Source: Candidatus Omnitrophota bacterium
GTDB lineage: Bacteria; Omnitrophota; Gorgyraeia; Zapsychrales; Fredricksoniimonadaceae
Reading direction: 5' to 3'
Length of the DNA: 64,000 nt
Assembly: GCA_903901225.1 (NCBI GenBank)
Contig: CAIUQE010000037.1
Location: forward strand, 39,885-103,884
Positions 18,789 through 28,517 of the stretch are shown here, in pieces (position 1 is the first letter of the stretch; every line of letters begins with the position of its first letter). The position numbers and the translations under genes are program-made. A model generated the notes under the pieces. That model saw nothing but the letters and a program-made list of their open reading frames with translations, did not search any database and had not been told where the DNA came from.

Positions 18789-20009
18789 TTAATAGTTCTG
18801 CTCAAAATCCTGTTTGCCTCGTTCATCAAAACCCTTACGCTTGACCTTAACACCACCGAGGTATGTGTCAATGTAGATAAGGTTCCCGTTCTGCTGGAAT
18901 ATACGGGCATCGCCTTCCAATTTGCCGGCGACATAATTCTGCTCGCTGGACAACTCTCCCGTGCTATAAAAAGTTTTAGCGACGCCTGCCTGGATGCCGT
19001 TGACGATCTCCCACTGGCGCTTGATATTGCCACCCGGATAGAATTCCCTCATCTGGCCGTTCTGGCGGCCGCTAGCGTAAGTAACTTCCATCCAAAGCAC
19101 GCCGGATTCAATATACTCACGGGCCAAGCCCTGTTTTTCCCCGGCTTTATAGCTCCAGTCAAGCCATAACTTGCCGTTGGGATAATATTCCCTGCAACTG
19201 CCGTCTTTCTGCCCTTGCTTGTACATACATTCGCTTTTCACGACCGCATTCTCATAATACTCTTTAACGAAACCATTGTACTGATTGCCGGAGTATTCAG
19301 CATCCAGGGCCGGCCCCCCGCTGCGGAAGAACTTCTTGCCGGGACCGGAAATATCCCCGTCCTTAAAGGTCAGGACCCACTCATCCTTGCCATTATCATA
19401 AAACGTGCGGGATACGCCTGACTTTTGGCCATTCTCATAATTCCATACGGCCGAAAGCTGATGATCACCCTTGAATTCCCTGGTTTCACCATTGAGTTCA
19501 TTATCGCGGTAATGGATAATGCTGGTCAGGGCCCCGGACGGGCCGTATTCCCGGCTCTCGCCGTTAAGTTGCCCACGGGTAAATTCAAGCGTGTACTTCA
19601 ATGTTCCGTTCTCGTAGAAATATTTGCACAAGCCTTCCAAGGCATCGTAACGGAACGTCTCGACGCTCTTGGGACTGCCGTTCTCAAAAAATTCACGGGC
19701 AAGGCCATGCTGGACGCCATTGACGTAGTTTTTTTCGACGAACAAGGTCCCGTCGCTGTAATAGGACTTGTACAGCCCCTGCAGCAGGCCGTCTTTATAA
19801 GTCCCGACGCTCAATATCTTCCCGTCGGGATAATATTCACGAAAAGCGCCATTGAGCTTGTTATGCGCGTAAGTTTTTTCTGTCTTTACCCGGCCGTCAT
19901 CAAACAATTCTTTGGCCGTCCCATCCGGAAACTCCTGGGCGGATGACGGACGCGCGTAACACGCGGCGGCACAGAAAATAACAATGAAGACCGATACGAT
20001 TTTTTTCAA
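18789..20009 (-). CDS. secreted MORN-repeat protein (MORN_2 / YwqK-like repeats)
   Basis: Signal peptide, then about 14 repeats of the [FY]Y.NG.L......Y.G...G pattern. Confidence 0.6.
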   Translation of the reverse strand: MKKIVSVFIVIFCAAACYARPSSAQEFPDGTAKELFDDGRVKTEKTYAHNKLNGAFREYYPDGKILSVGTYKDGLLQGLYKSYYSDGTLFVEKNYVNGVQHGLAREFFENGSPKSVETFRYDALEGLCKYFYENGTLKYTLEFTRGQLNGESREYGPSGALTSIIHYRDNELNGETREFKGDHQLSAVWNYENGQKSGVSRTFYDNGKDEWVLTFKDGDISGPGKKFFRSGGPALDAEYSGNQYNGFVKEYYENAVVKSECMYKQGQKDGSCREYYPNGKLWLDWSYKAGEKQGLAREYIESGVLWMEVTYASGRQNGQMREFYPGGNIKRQWEIVNGIQAGVAKTFYSTGELSSEQNYVAGKLEGDARIFQQNGNLIYIDTYLGGVKVKRKGFDERGKQDFEQNY

Positions 20010-20021
20010 AACTTCCTCACC

Positions 20022-20978
20022 TCATCCGGGGTGCTTCATATCCTGCCTGATACTGAACAACGGCCTTTGCTTGACCTCGGTGTAAAGCCTCCCGATATAT
20101 TCGCCGATCAACCCGAGCATGCACATCTGGACACCATTCAACAGAAGGATCGGCAGGACCGTCGACGTCCACCCGGGGACGACCGTCCCGACGGCCTTGC
20201 AATGGATGACCCATCCGATGGCAACAAGCGACATCAAAAACAAACCCAACCCCAGCAGGGATGCCAGGCGCAACGGGAAATACGTGAACGAGACGATCCC
20301 GTCGATAGACAAAGACGCCATTTTCGCGAGATTGAACTTTGAATACCCGAGCTTCCTGGGTTCACGTTTGTAGGTAACAACCGCGTAATGGTTGTCCAGT
20401 CGCAATACCAGCGCGCGCAGGAACCTGTTACGCTCGACAAGGGCGTTATAATCATTGATCAGCGCCCTGGCCATCAGGCGAAAATCCCCGTGGTCTTCCA
20501 CGACATCGGCGCCCATTGTCTTCAGGAGCCTGTAAAACATCCTTGCCGTAAACCTTTTGAAGAACGTATCCGAAGACCTGTCGGCGCGCACACCAAGGAC
20601 CAGGTCAAATCCCTGGCAATAACAGGCGATCATTTCCGGTATCTTTTCGGGAGGGTCCTGGAGGTCCGCGTCGATGGTGATCACCGCGTCGCCCGAAGCG
20701 CGCAGCAGCCCGGCGGAAAGAGCCCCCTGGAAACCAAAATTCCTGCGCAGTTCTATCACCCTGACGTGCTCATCCTTGCGAAACAACTCCTTGAGGATGC
20801 CAAGCGTTGCGTCTTTAGAGCCGTCATCAACATAAACGATCTCATAACGGCCCATTTGCCCCGCGCGCGCCGCCGACCGCAGGGCATCTGTCAGTCGCGC
20901 GTGCGATACAAGGATAGTCTCCGCTTCGTTGAAACAAGGAACCACAACAGAAAGATAATCAAGCTGTCTTTGGAACAA
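20022..20978 (-). CDS. GtrB/ArnC-like polyprenol-phosphate glycosyltransferase (GT2 with two C-terminal TM helices)
   Basis: VVVPCFNEAE...YVDDGSKD...IDADLQDPP motifs and a C-terminal TM pair; TTG start. Confidence 0.75.
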   Translation of the reverse strand: MFQRQLDYLSVVVPCFNEAETILVSHARLTDALRSAARAGQMGRYEIVYVDDGSKDATLGILKELFRKDEHVRVIELRRNFGFQGALSAGLLRASGDAVITIDADLQDPPEKIPEMIACYCQGFDLVLGVRADRSSDTFFKRFTARMFYRLLKTMGADVVEDHGDFRLMARALINDYNALVERNRFLRALVLRLDNHYAVVTYKREPRKLGYSKFNLAKMASLSIDGIVSFTYFPLRLASLLGLGLFLMSLVAIGWVIHCKAVGTVVPGWTSTVLPILLLNGVQMCMLGLIGEYIGRLYTEVKQRPLFSIRQDMKHPG

Positions 20979-21041
20979 GTATCACCTCGATAGACTCTGA
21001 ACAGGAATGTATTTTACAATAAGAAGTGTATATTAAAAACG

Positions 21042-22028
21042 TTATTTATTTTTGTATAGAAGGATGTCCGCGCCTTCCAGTTCCAATACGAGGTTATTCT
21101 TGAGCGAGAGCCTCACACCGGCGGGGCCTGACACCGCTTTGACAAGGGCATCAATATTCTCGAATTCCAACGCGGCGCCGATACGGCGCAACGCCTCACG
21201 CCAGACGCGATACTGGAATGCCGGCGTGAGCGCGGCATACCTTTGGCGCGACAGCACGACCCCTTTGCTGGCTTTGCGCAGCACCCCCGGCAATTTCTTC
21301 ATGAACTCACTTTCAATATATTCATGATCAAACGCGGCGAGAATAGCCATCTCGGCAAGTTTTTTCTTTATGGCCGGAGCATAATTTTTGGCGATGTAAG
21401 GCAGAAGAGACCGCCTGATACGGTTGCGGAGAAAAAGATCGCTGGCATTGCTGGCATCCTCGACATGAGGGATACGCCGCGCGCGCAACAGGCCTTCCAG
21501 TTCACGGCGGTTGAACTCCAGCATGGGCCTTAAGAAAACAACCCCCGTGATCCGGCGTGAATAAAGGATGCTCCGCAGTCCGGCCAGCGATGCCCCGCGA
21601 AAAAGCCGCATCAGGACAGTTTCGGCAAGGTCATCCTGCGTGTGCCCCAGGACAACAGCCGCCGCCTTCAGGGAATGCGCGGTCCTGAGAAAAAAATCAA
21701 AACGTTTCTCCCGGGCGAATTCTTCAATGGAAACACCATCAGGCGGGCGGGCCTTGTTACGCTCCCAGGCGTATTCAAGGCCGAGTTCCCGTGCCATATT
21801 TTCGACAAAGACCCTGTCCCGGGCTGAGCCCTTGCGAAGGGCGTGATCGTAATGGGCTACGACGATGTCAAGCGCAAGCTCATGACGCAGGTCAAAAAGA
21901 AGATGCAACAACGCGGTTGAATCAATGCCGCCGGAGACGCCAACAAGGATGCGCGCGCCATATGGGATCACACTCAGGCGCAGTATCCTGTCTTGCAACG
22001 CTAGCGCGGCAACGGTTTTTTTTACCAT
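21042..22028 (-). CDS. tilS: tRNA(Ile)-lysidine synthetase
   Basis: PP-loop VGVSGGIDSTALLHLL and TilS substrate-binding region. Confidence 0.85.
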   Translation of the reverse strand: MVKKTVAALALQDRILRLSVIPYGARILVGVSGGIDSTALLHLLFDLRHELALDIVVAHYDHALRKGSARDRVFVENMARELGLEYAWERNKARPPDGVSIEEFAREKRFDFFLRTAHSLKAAAVVLGHTQDDLAETVLMRLFRGASLAGLRSILYSRRITGVVFLRPMLEFNRRELEGLLRARRIPHVEDASNASDLFLRNRIRRSLLPYIAKNYAPAIKKKLAEMAILAAFDHEYIESEFMKKLPGVLRKASKGVVLSRQRYAALTPAFQYRVWREALRRIGAALEFENIDALVKAVSGPAGVRLSLKNNLVLELEGADILLYKNK

Positions 22029-22573
22029 TCCCCCTGCATCCCCCTCATTTCATGGCGGGCTTCCTGATACGCCTTGCGCAGGTCCGGCGCGTATTTCATG
22101 TTGGGCGGGACAAGTTTGATGTTCGCGTAACCGAACCGCAGCAACTCGGCGTTAAGCAGTTTACCGTCGGGAAGAAAAACATAGGCTTCCACCAGCCCCT
22201 GGTCATTACGGCGCTGGGTGTCGAACTCAAGCCGCACGGCCTTGCCTTCGACGAGGGCCTTCGCGTAACGCATGGCTTCAACCTCGAAAGGGACCTCGGG
22301 AACTTCGTCGGGAATGATGAACCCGTGGACGTCACGTTTGACATCCACCTGTTTCGGAGGCCTGGGGCCCTTGATCCCGATCAGCGCGATCTTTTCATCA
22401 TCATCCAGAAGTATCCTGTCAACAGCCAGGACACGGGCGACCCGGATGCTCTGATATTTCACGGACGGGGCCAACAGGGGGTTCAGGTCCGCGGCCAGGA
22501 CCGGGGCCATGAAGGACGCCAACCCCAGCACAAAGAGGAACATCGACGGAAAAATTCTTTTTTGCATGGCCAT
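22022..22573 (-). CDS. secreted staphylococcal-nuclease-like (SNase/OB-fold) protein, active site possibly degenerate
   Basis: Signal peptide; VARVLAVDRILLDDDEKIALIGI...AYVFLPDGKLLNAELLRFGYA matches the SNase fold but DGDT and RxxGIDAPE are replaced (DDDE, IGIKGP); overlaps the tilS start by 7 nt. Confidence 0.45.
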   Translation of the reverse strand: MAMQKRIFPSMFLFVLGLASFMAPVLAADLNPLLAPSVKYQSIRVARVLAVDRILLDDDEKIALIGIKGPRPPKQVDVKRDVHGFIIPDEVPEVPFEVEAMRYAKALVEGKAVRLEFDTQRRNDQGLVEAYVFLPDGKLLNAELLRFGYANIKLVPPNMKYAPDLRKAYQEARHEMRGMQGEW

Positions 22574-22662
22574 ATGACCCCTTCTTGCCTGGAGGACCAG
22601 CCGGTCCCAGGAAACCCTTTGGATAAATGTAGACAGGTGCTGTTAACGGAACCGGGATGAAA

Positions 22663-22708
22663 CTATCCTGCGCCGGGAAAACCCCGTTCTGCGGCCGGCG
22701 CAGGATAG
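22663..22708 (-). terminator. 14-bp perfect inverted repeat immediately 3' of tRNA(CAT)
   Basis: CTATCCTGCGCCGG...(18 nt)...CCGGCGCAGGATAG; followed on the transcribed strand by TTTCAT. Confidence 0.4.
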
Positions 22709-22711
22709 AAA

Positions 22712-22788
22712 TGGTGGCGGCGACTGGATTTAAACCAGTGACACAGCGGGTATGAACCGCTTGCTCTATCGGACTGAGCTACACCGCC
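22712..22788 (-). tRNA. tRNA with anticodon CAT (elongator Met or tRNA-Ile2/lysidine substrate), CCA encoded
   Basis: GGCGGTGTAGCTCAGTCCGATAGAGCAAGCGGTTCATACCCGCT...TGGTTTAAATCCAGTCGCCGCCACCA; G1-C72 paired (not initiator); D-loop A19 with T-loop U56 looks like covariation of the G19-C56 pair. Confidence 0.75.
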
Positions 22789-22813
22789 ATGATCAGGAAA
22801 GAAATAATGCGGG

Positions 22814-22842
22814 ATTATAAGGCAAACCCACCGGAAATTCAA
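22814..22842 (-). promoter_or_regulatory. sigma70-type promoter for tRNA(CAT): TTGAAT-17-TATAAT
   Basis: Perfect -10 TATAAT, -35 TTGAAT, 17-nt spacer, about 25 nt upstream of the tRNA 5' end. Confidence 0.5.
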
Positions 22843-22867
22843 GCAGGAAGATCAAAAATCCATGACC

Positions 22868-23173
22868 TTACCTGGTAAAAAAGATTATGAACAGCAAAAC
22901 AACGACAACAACAAGAGCCCCGATATAAAAATCGTTGTAGGCCAGAAGATCCCGCAGGCGCTCCTGGGGCGTATATGGAAATTTAACGGTTTCGGACGCC
23001 ACATGGCCGGAACTCTTCAGGCGCTGAATATCCTCGCGTTTGAAACGCAAGTACTGTTGCGCGATACGATAAGCCTGCAGCTTCTTCTCATCGACAAGCG
23101 ACATGATCCTGCCCTCGCTGACACCAAGGATCTGCCCCGCTTCTCGGACGGTCACATAGGGGTTGCCCGTCAT
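22868..23173 (-). CDS. membrane-anchored excisionase/MerR-type HTH (HTH_17-like) protein
   Basis: N-terminal VTVREAGQILGVSEGRIMSLVDEKKLQAYRI helix-turn-helix; C-terminal IGALVVVVVLLFIIFF TM helix; ATGA overlap with the upstream bactofilin gene. Confidence 0.5.
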   Translation of the reverse strand: MTGNPYVTVREAGQILGVSEGRIMSLVDEKKLQAYRIAQQYLRFKREDIQRLKSSGHVASETVKFPYTPQERLRDLLAYNDFYIGALVVVVVLLFIIFFTR

Positions 23174-23715
23174 TTAACGGCCCCTGCCGCGGCCCAATGG
23201 TCGATCTGCGCGCGCTCGAACTTCACGGATTCTCCTTCACGGGTCACGGGGATCTTGCCATTATTGACAAGTTCCCAGATGACACCTTCCTCGATCTCAA
23301 GGTAAGCCGCGAGATCCTTAATGGTGAACCAGTCACCCGCGGGAACATCATTGAGGGCCATATGGCACATGCCCTGGAAAACAGCGCCTTCCACCACATT
23401 GAGTTTGGGGGCGTGGATATCGCCCAACAGCACGGCGGACGGCATCAGAGTCAAAAGCTTGGTCGCGTGAACATGCCCTTTGACCTTGCCGGCAATAACA
23501 ACATAATCGCCCGTGATATCAGCCTCTACATTGGCGCGGCCACCGACGGTCAAAGACCCTCTCACATCGAGTTTTCCCGTGAATTGACCATTGATCCTAA
23601 GGTCAACAGGCTCCTTGAACGAAAGCGTTCCGTTCATTTCGGCGTTAAGCTCGATGAGGTTCAGGGAAGGTTCCGTGGCCGTTGCCTTGGCTGGTTTTTT
23701 CTCTCCGAAAGCCAT
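23170..23715 (-). CDS. bactofilin-domain protein fused to a C-terminal excisionase-type HTH domain
   Basis: Residues ~20-125 show the bactofilin beta-helix repeat (GTLSFKEPVDLRINGQFTGKLDVRGSLTVGG...VEADITGDYVVIAGKVKGHVHA...); C-terminal FTIKDLAAYLEIEEGVIWELVNNGKIPVTREG is HTH_17-like. Confidence 0.6.
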   Translation of the reverse strand: MAFGEKKPAKATATEPSLNLIELNAEMNGTLSFKEPVDLRINGQFTGKLDVRGSLTVGGRANVEADITGDYVVIAGKVKGHVHATKLLTLMPSAVLLGDIHAPKLNVVEGAVFQGMCHMALNDVPAGDWFTIKDLAAYLEIEEGVIWELVNNGKIPVTREGESVKFERAQIDHWAAAGAVK

Positions 23716-23757
23716 ACTTATCTCCCGATAATATTAATACCGTTCAAGAACCCACAT

Positions 23758-23786
23758 AGGATAACAAAAGGAAAGCTCGACGTCAA
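23758..23786 (-). promoter_or_regulatory. candidate promoter for the bactofilin-HTH operon (TTGACG-17-TATCCT)
   Basis: -35 overlaps the tsaD stop codon; about 45-nt leader with a GGGAG RBS. Confidence 0.3.
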
Positions 23787-24790
23787 TGAGAAGAACGTGA
23801 CGCTACATAAGCAAAACCGGCCACCATCGCCGCGTTATCCATGCACAGATCAAGCGACGGGAAATTAACATTGATCCCCGTTCCCTGTGCCAGGGAATGA
23901 AGCCTGGCCCGCAAACCACGGTTGGCCGCCACCCCCCCGCCCACAAGGAGCGTGCGGCATTTCCGTTTCAAGCAAGCCTGGATGCTCTTTTCCGCCAGAA
24001 CGGAAACAACGCTTTCCTGGAATCCCCGCGCGACTTGCGCGACAGAATAATCTTTGGCCCCGGCATGCTTGCGGACGTAATAAAGGACGGCGGTCTTGAC
24101 GCCGCTGAAGCTGAAATCATGCGTCCCGGCAAGCTCTGCCCTTGGGAACGTCACGGATCGGGGAACAACGCCGGCGGTGTGCGTCGCTTCCGCCTCGTGC
24201 GCCATCCTGTCGATGACAGGGCCGCCTGGATATTCCAGGCCGAGTATCCTCCCCACCTTGTCATAAGCCTCTCCGGCGGCATCGTCGCGCGTCTGCCCGA
24301 TCACCTTAAAATTCCTGAAATCCTTGATGGAAAAAAGGGTTGAGTGCCCGCCGGAAACAGCCAACCCTACCGCGGGCAGGGCCAGTTCGTCGTAGACAGT
24401 CGCGAAACGCGCGGCGCCACGGGAAACAAGATAATTCGCGTAAATATGCGCGTGGACATGGTTCACGTCAACCACCGGCTTTTTCAAGGCATACCCGAGT
24501 GAGTGCGCGAAGGTGATCCCCACCAAAAGCGATCCGATAAGCCCCGGCTTTTGCGTCACCGCCACCGCGTCAATATCCGCCAGTGTCAAGCCCGCGTCTT
24601 CAAGGGCTTTGGCGGTAACGATATTGATGTACTCCAGTTGCTTGCGGGAGGCGATCTCAGGGATGATCCCGCCGAATTTCTGATGCTCCTTGAGGCTCGT
24701 GGCAACGACATTGGAAAGAACCTCCCTGCCGTCGCGCACAATGCTGGCCGAGGTTTCATCGCAGGATGTCTCGATCCCCAGGATGTTCAT
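23783..24790 (-). CDS. tsaD: tRNA N6-adenosine threonylcarbamoyltransferase
   Basis: MNILGIETSCDETSASIV N-terminus and full-length Kae1/TsaD similarity. Confidence 0.9.
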   Translation of the reverse strand: MNILGIETSCDETSASIVRDGREVLSNVVATSLKEHQKFGGIIPEIASRKQLEYINIVTAKALEDAGLTLADIDAVAVTQKPGLIGSLLVGITFAHSLGYALKKPVVDVNHVHAHIYANYLVSRGAARFATVYDELALPAVGLAVSGGHSTLFSIKDFRNFKVIGQTRDDAAGEAYDKVGRILGLEYPGGPVIDRMAHEAEATHTAGVVPRSVTFPRAELAGTHDFSFSGVKTAVLYYVRKHAGAKDYSVAQVARGFQESVVSVLAEKSIQACLKRKCRTLLVGGGVAANRGLRARLHSLAQGTGINVNFPSLDLCMDNAAMVAGFAYVASRSSH

Positions 24791-25635
24791 TCGTTACGCG
24801 CCTTGATATAGTCCCTCAAGGGAATAAAAACATACCCTTGCAGTTTTAGCTTGCGGATCTGCTCACCAACCACCTGCAGCGTCAAGGCGCGATCATGGCC
24901 GATAGCCAGGGCAAAACCTTTTTCTTTGGCGATGCCCGCGGCCAGGAGTAGCTGCCGTTCAATGGAAGCGCGATCCATGCGGTTATCTATAAAGATATCC
25001 CGGCGCGCGAAAGGGATATTGACCTTTGCCGCGACCTGAGAACCAACGGTCTTGTCACTGGTAACGCTGTCAACAAAGAATAGCCCGCGGCGCTTCAGTT
25101 CGGTCAATACCGTCGTCATCAAAGCAACGTTCTCGGTGCCTTTTGATCCTTCATGATTATTGACGCCGATGATACCTTTCATGTTATCAAGCGTTCTTTT
25201 CATCGACCGCCTGACCTCTTCGGGTGTCATGGCGACGGTCAGGAAATAACCGCGGGGATAAGTCTCGTGGATGACATGCGGTTCAATGGGCAGATGCAGG
25301 ATGGCTTCATGGCCGCTGGCATTGGCGCACTGGATGATATCCGTGGAATACTCAAGACCGGGCAGGACGGCCGCGGTCACGGCTCCGTCAAGGGCGGCAA
25401 GCTGTTTGCAATGCGCGCGATTGTAGCCCCAGTCATCAAGGATGATCGTGATATAACCCGCCACTTTGACGGGTGCCGGCCTCGCCACAGGCTTTACGGC
25501 CACAGGCCGGACCGGCGGCCTTGGGACGGGTTTCCTGGAAAAATGGAACAACCCGATCGCTCCCGCCAGGAGGAGGATAAGCGAACCTCCGGCGAACCAC
25601 CAGAAATAACCGTCTTTTTTCTGCGAAGACATCAT
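24787..25635 (-). CDS. divergent polysaccharide deacetylase family protein (YibQ-like)
   Basis: N-terminal TM, ITIILDDWGYN motif of PF04748. Confidence 0.65.
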   Translation of the reverse strand: MMSSQKKDGYFWWFAGGSLILLLAGAIGLFHFSRKPVPRPPVRPVAVKPVARPAPVKVAGYITIILDDWGYNRAHCKQLAALDGAVTAAVLPGLEYSTDIIQCANASGHEAILHLPIEPHVIHETYPRGYFLTVAMTPEEVRRSMKRTLDNMKGIIGVNNHEGSKGTENVALMTTVLTELKRRGLFFVDSVTSDKTVGSQVAAKVNIPFARRDIFIDNRMDRASIERQLLLAAGIAKEKGFALAIGHDRALTLQVVGEQIRKLKLQGYVFIPLRDYIKARNE

Positions 25636-25642
25636 AAAAATT

Positions 25643-27088
25643 TCAATTGCCTGACGCTGTTAATCTTTTGTAGACCCGGATCCCCTTGATCACGCTGATA
25701 GAGCTCTGGATCTGGTTGTCATCACCCATGCGCTTTTTCAAAAGGTCTTCCTGTTTGCGTTTCTCAACCTCGTGAGGATCCGTGACTTTCTCCAGTTCGA
25801 TCTTGTCAAAGACCTCTTTGGCGTTCTTTTCTTTCTTCGCGCCTTTCGCGACTTTTGCCTCAGTATCCCCTTCATTATCCAGCGTGTCTTCATTCTCACC
25901 CTTGGGATAAATACGCTCAATGACAATATCCGGGGTGATGCCGATCTCATGGATACAGACACCCGATGGCGTGAAATATTTGCTGGTCGTCAGGCGCAAC
26001 CCCGACCCGTCAGGCATGGGAATGACGGACTGGACCGAACCTTTGCCATAGGATTTGACGCCCAGCGTGACAGCCCGCTTGTTGTCCTTGAGCGCGCCGG
26101 CCAGGATCTCGCTGCCGGAGGCGCTCCCCTCGTTGATGAGCACAACGATGGGCCACTCCGCGAACTCATTGCTGGTATTACGCGACACGCTGATCGAATT
26201 CTGCGAAGGATGCCGGCCCCTGGTCGAGACAATGGTCTTGCCGTCGGGAAGGAATAATTCGCTGATCTGAATGGCCACATTCAGGAGCCCGCCGGGATTG
26301 TTGCGCAGGTCCAGGATCAGGGCCGTGGCGCCATCCGCCTTGAGCTTCTTGAGGGCCTTGCGCATCTGTTCGCAGGAATCTTCGCGGAACTCCACCAGCC
26401 TCAGATAGGCGATGTTATCAGAAATGATGTGCGGATCCTTGATGTCATGGACATGGATGACCTCACGGGTTATGTCGAATTCATGCAGCTTGAATTCAGA
26501 CTCGCGCAGGATGGTGATATGGACACTCGTCCCTGGCTGGCCGCGCAATTTTTTCACCGCCTGGCTGAGGGTCATGTCGCGGGTCAGCTCTTTCTCGATC
26601 TTGACGATCCTGTCTGCCGAGCGCAAGCCAACCTTCCAGGCCGGCGTATCTTCGATCGGGGTCACGACCGTCAAAAGCCCGTCGCGGATGCTGATCTCGA
26701 TCCCGAGCCCGCCAAACTTTCCCTGCGTGTCAGTTTTTAACTCTTCATAATCCTCAGGCGTCAGGAACTGGCTGTGCGGGTCGAGGGAACTCAACATCCC
26801 CGTCAAAGCGCCGTAAATGACATCCCTGGCCTTTTTGGGTTCAACATACTCTGCCATGATCGTGGTCAAGGCATAGCTGAAAAGTTCCACCTGGGAATAC
26901 AGGTCATCCGCGCCCTTGGCCCCGGCCGTGGCTTCATTATCCGATGCTGCCGCTGCATTCACCGCGGCATTAACAACAGCTTGCGTCCGCTTGCCCTGGG
27001 ACTCGCCCGACTGGGACCTGGCCAAAGAAACAAAGCCGGCCAGGATAACGACGAACGCAATGACAAAAACAAGGTTTTTCTTAAACAT
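25643..27088 (-). CDS. ctpA: carboxyl-terminal processing protease (S41)
   Basis: Signal peptide, PDZ domain (GKFGGLGIEI), S41 catalytic region. Confidence 0.85.
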   Translation of the reverse strand: MFKKNLVFVIAFVVILAGFVSLARSQSGESQGKRTQAVVNAAVNAAAASDNEATAGAKGADDLYSQVELFSYALTTIMAEYVEPKKARDVIYGALTGMLSSLDPHSQFLTPEDYEELKTDTQGKFGGLGIEISIRDGLLTVVTPIEDTPAWKVGLRSADRIVKIEKELTRDMTLSQAVKKLRGQPGTSVHITILRESEFKLHEFDITREVIHVHDIKDPHIISDNIAYLRLVEFREDSCEQMRKALKKLKADGATALILDLRNNPGGLLNVAIQISELFLPDGKTIVSTRGRHPSQNSISVSRNTSNEFAEWPIVVLINEGSASGSEILAGALKDNKRAVTLGVKSYGKGSVQSVIPMPDGSGLRLTTSKYFTPSGVCIHEIGITPDIVIERIYPKGENEDTLDNEGDTEAKVAKGAKKEKNAKEVFDKIELEKVTDPHEVEKRKQEDLLKKRMGDDNQIQSSISVIKGIRVYKRLTASGN

Positions 27089-28517
27089 CCTGCAATCTCC
27101 TTGAAAGGATCTCGTTTATTTTCTTTGGATTGGCCTTGCCCTGCATTCTTTTCATGGCCTGTCCGACGAGAAAGCCGACAGCGCCGGCCTTGCCGCCCTT
27201 GATCTCCGCTACAGCCGCGGGATTGGCCGCGATGATCTCATCAACAACCTTCCCGATCGACTCATCATCGGAGACCTGGGCCAAACCATTTTCCGCGATG
27301 ATCGCGTCGACAGCCTTGCCCGTGTCCAGGACAATGGCGAGAACGTCCTTGCCGACGATATTGCTGATAACACCGGCCTCGACCTTCTGGATGATAGCCA
27401 CCATTGCCTGCGGTGTCAAAGACATCCCCGTAAAAAATATCCTGCGTTCATTCATTTCTTTCATCAACGGGCCGATAAGCCAGTTCGCCACCTTTTTGGC
27501 ATCGGCAGGAAGCTTCACGCAAGCCTCAAAGAAATCCGCCAGTCCCTGATCCTGGACGAGAATAAAGGCATCATAATGATTTAACCCGTACTGGGCCATC
27601 AGACGGGCCAGTTTCACGTAAGGCAATTCCGGGAGACTTTCACGCACAGCCTGCACCTGCCCCTCGTCAAGCGTAAAAGGGACCAGGTCCGGCTCTGGAA
27701 AATAACGGTAATCATGCGCCTGCTCCTTGCTGCGCATGGCAACAGCCGTTCCCTGGGCGTCATTCCACAGCAACGTTTCCTGGACGATATGACCACCTGA
27801 AAGGATAACGCCCGTCTGACGGACAACCTCAAATTCGACCGCGCGCTTCAGGGCGCTGAACGAATTCAGGTTCTTCAACTCGGTCTTGGTACCCAGTTTC
27901 TCCTGCCCTAAAGGACGGATAGAGACGTTGGCGTCGCAACGCAAACTTCCTTTTTCCATGTCGCAATCGGAAACACCCAGATAAGAAAGGGTCAGTTTGA
28001 GGGCGGTCAAATATTCATAGGCTTCCTGCGACGAGCGGATGTCCGGCTCGGAAACGATCTCGACGAGAGGGGTCCCCGTCCTGTTATAATCCACCAGCGA
28101 ACAATTGTTCACCGCGTCATGGACAAGCTTCCCCGCGTCTTCTTCAAGATGCGCCCGCGTAATGCCGATCCGCTTGGACTTCCCTTCAACAACAATATCC
28201 AGATACCCCTGCCGGGCGATCGGCAGGTCATACTGGGATATCTGGTACCCTTTGGGAAGGTCGGGATAAAAATAATTTTTGCGGTCAAACTTAACAAAAT
28301 TGTTGATCGTGGCCCGGAGGGCCAACCCGACTTTAACACCATCGAGAAGGACCTGACGGTTAAGCACAGGCAGCGTTCCGGGAAGGCCCAGGCAGACCGG
28401 GCAAACATTGGTGTTGGGCTCATGCCCGAACTCATTACGGCAGCCGCAAAAGATCTTGGTCTTTGTCTTAAGCTGAAGATGCACTTCCAGTCCAATGACG
28501 GTCTCGAACGTTGTCAT
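27081..28517 (-). CDS. gatB: Asp/Glu-tRNA amidotransferase subunit B
   Basis: [27 protein letters not shown]-terminus; full-length GatB. Confidence 0.9.
   Translation of the reverse strand: MTTFETVIGLEVHLQLKTKTKIFCGCRNEFGHEPNTNVCPVCLGLPGTLPVLNRQVLLDGVKVGLALRATINNFVKFDRKNYFYPDLPKGYQISQYDLPIARQGYLDIVVEGKSKRIGITRAHLEEDAGKLVHDAVNNCSLVDYNRTGTPLVEIVSEPDIRSSQEAYEYLTALKLTLSYLGVSDCDMEKGSLRCDANVSIRPLGQEKLGTKTELKNLNSFSALKRAVEFEVVRQTGVILSGGHIVQETLLWNDAQGTAVAMRSKEQAHDYRYFPEPDLVPFTLDEGQVQAVRESLPELPYVKLARLMAQYGLNHYDAFILVQDQGLADFFEACVKLPADAKKVANWLIGPLMKEMNERRIFFTGMSLTPQAMVAIIQKVEAGVISNIVGKDVLAIVLDTGKAVDAIIAENGLAQVSDDESIGKVVDEIIAANPAAVAEIKGGKAGAVGFLVGQAMKRMQGKANPKKINEILSRRLQDV

Noticed and set aside
20979-21041. 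AT-rich 63-nt gap between tilS and the GtrB-like GT2 as a promoter
   Set aside because: Only weak hexamer matches (TTGTAA / TATCGA) were seen, so it is not reported as a feature.
22663-23786. A tRNA gene flanked by two excisionase-family HTH genes read as a degraded integrative element
   Set aside because: No integrase, direct repeat of the tRNA 3' end or foreign-looking composition was seen. The HTH domains are fused to bactofilin and TM modules rather than being stand-alone Xis proteins.
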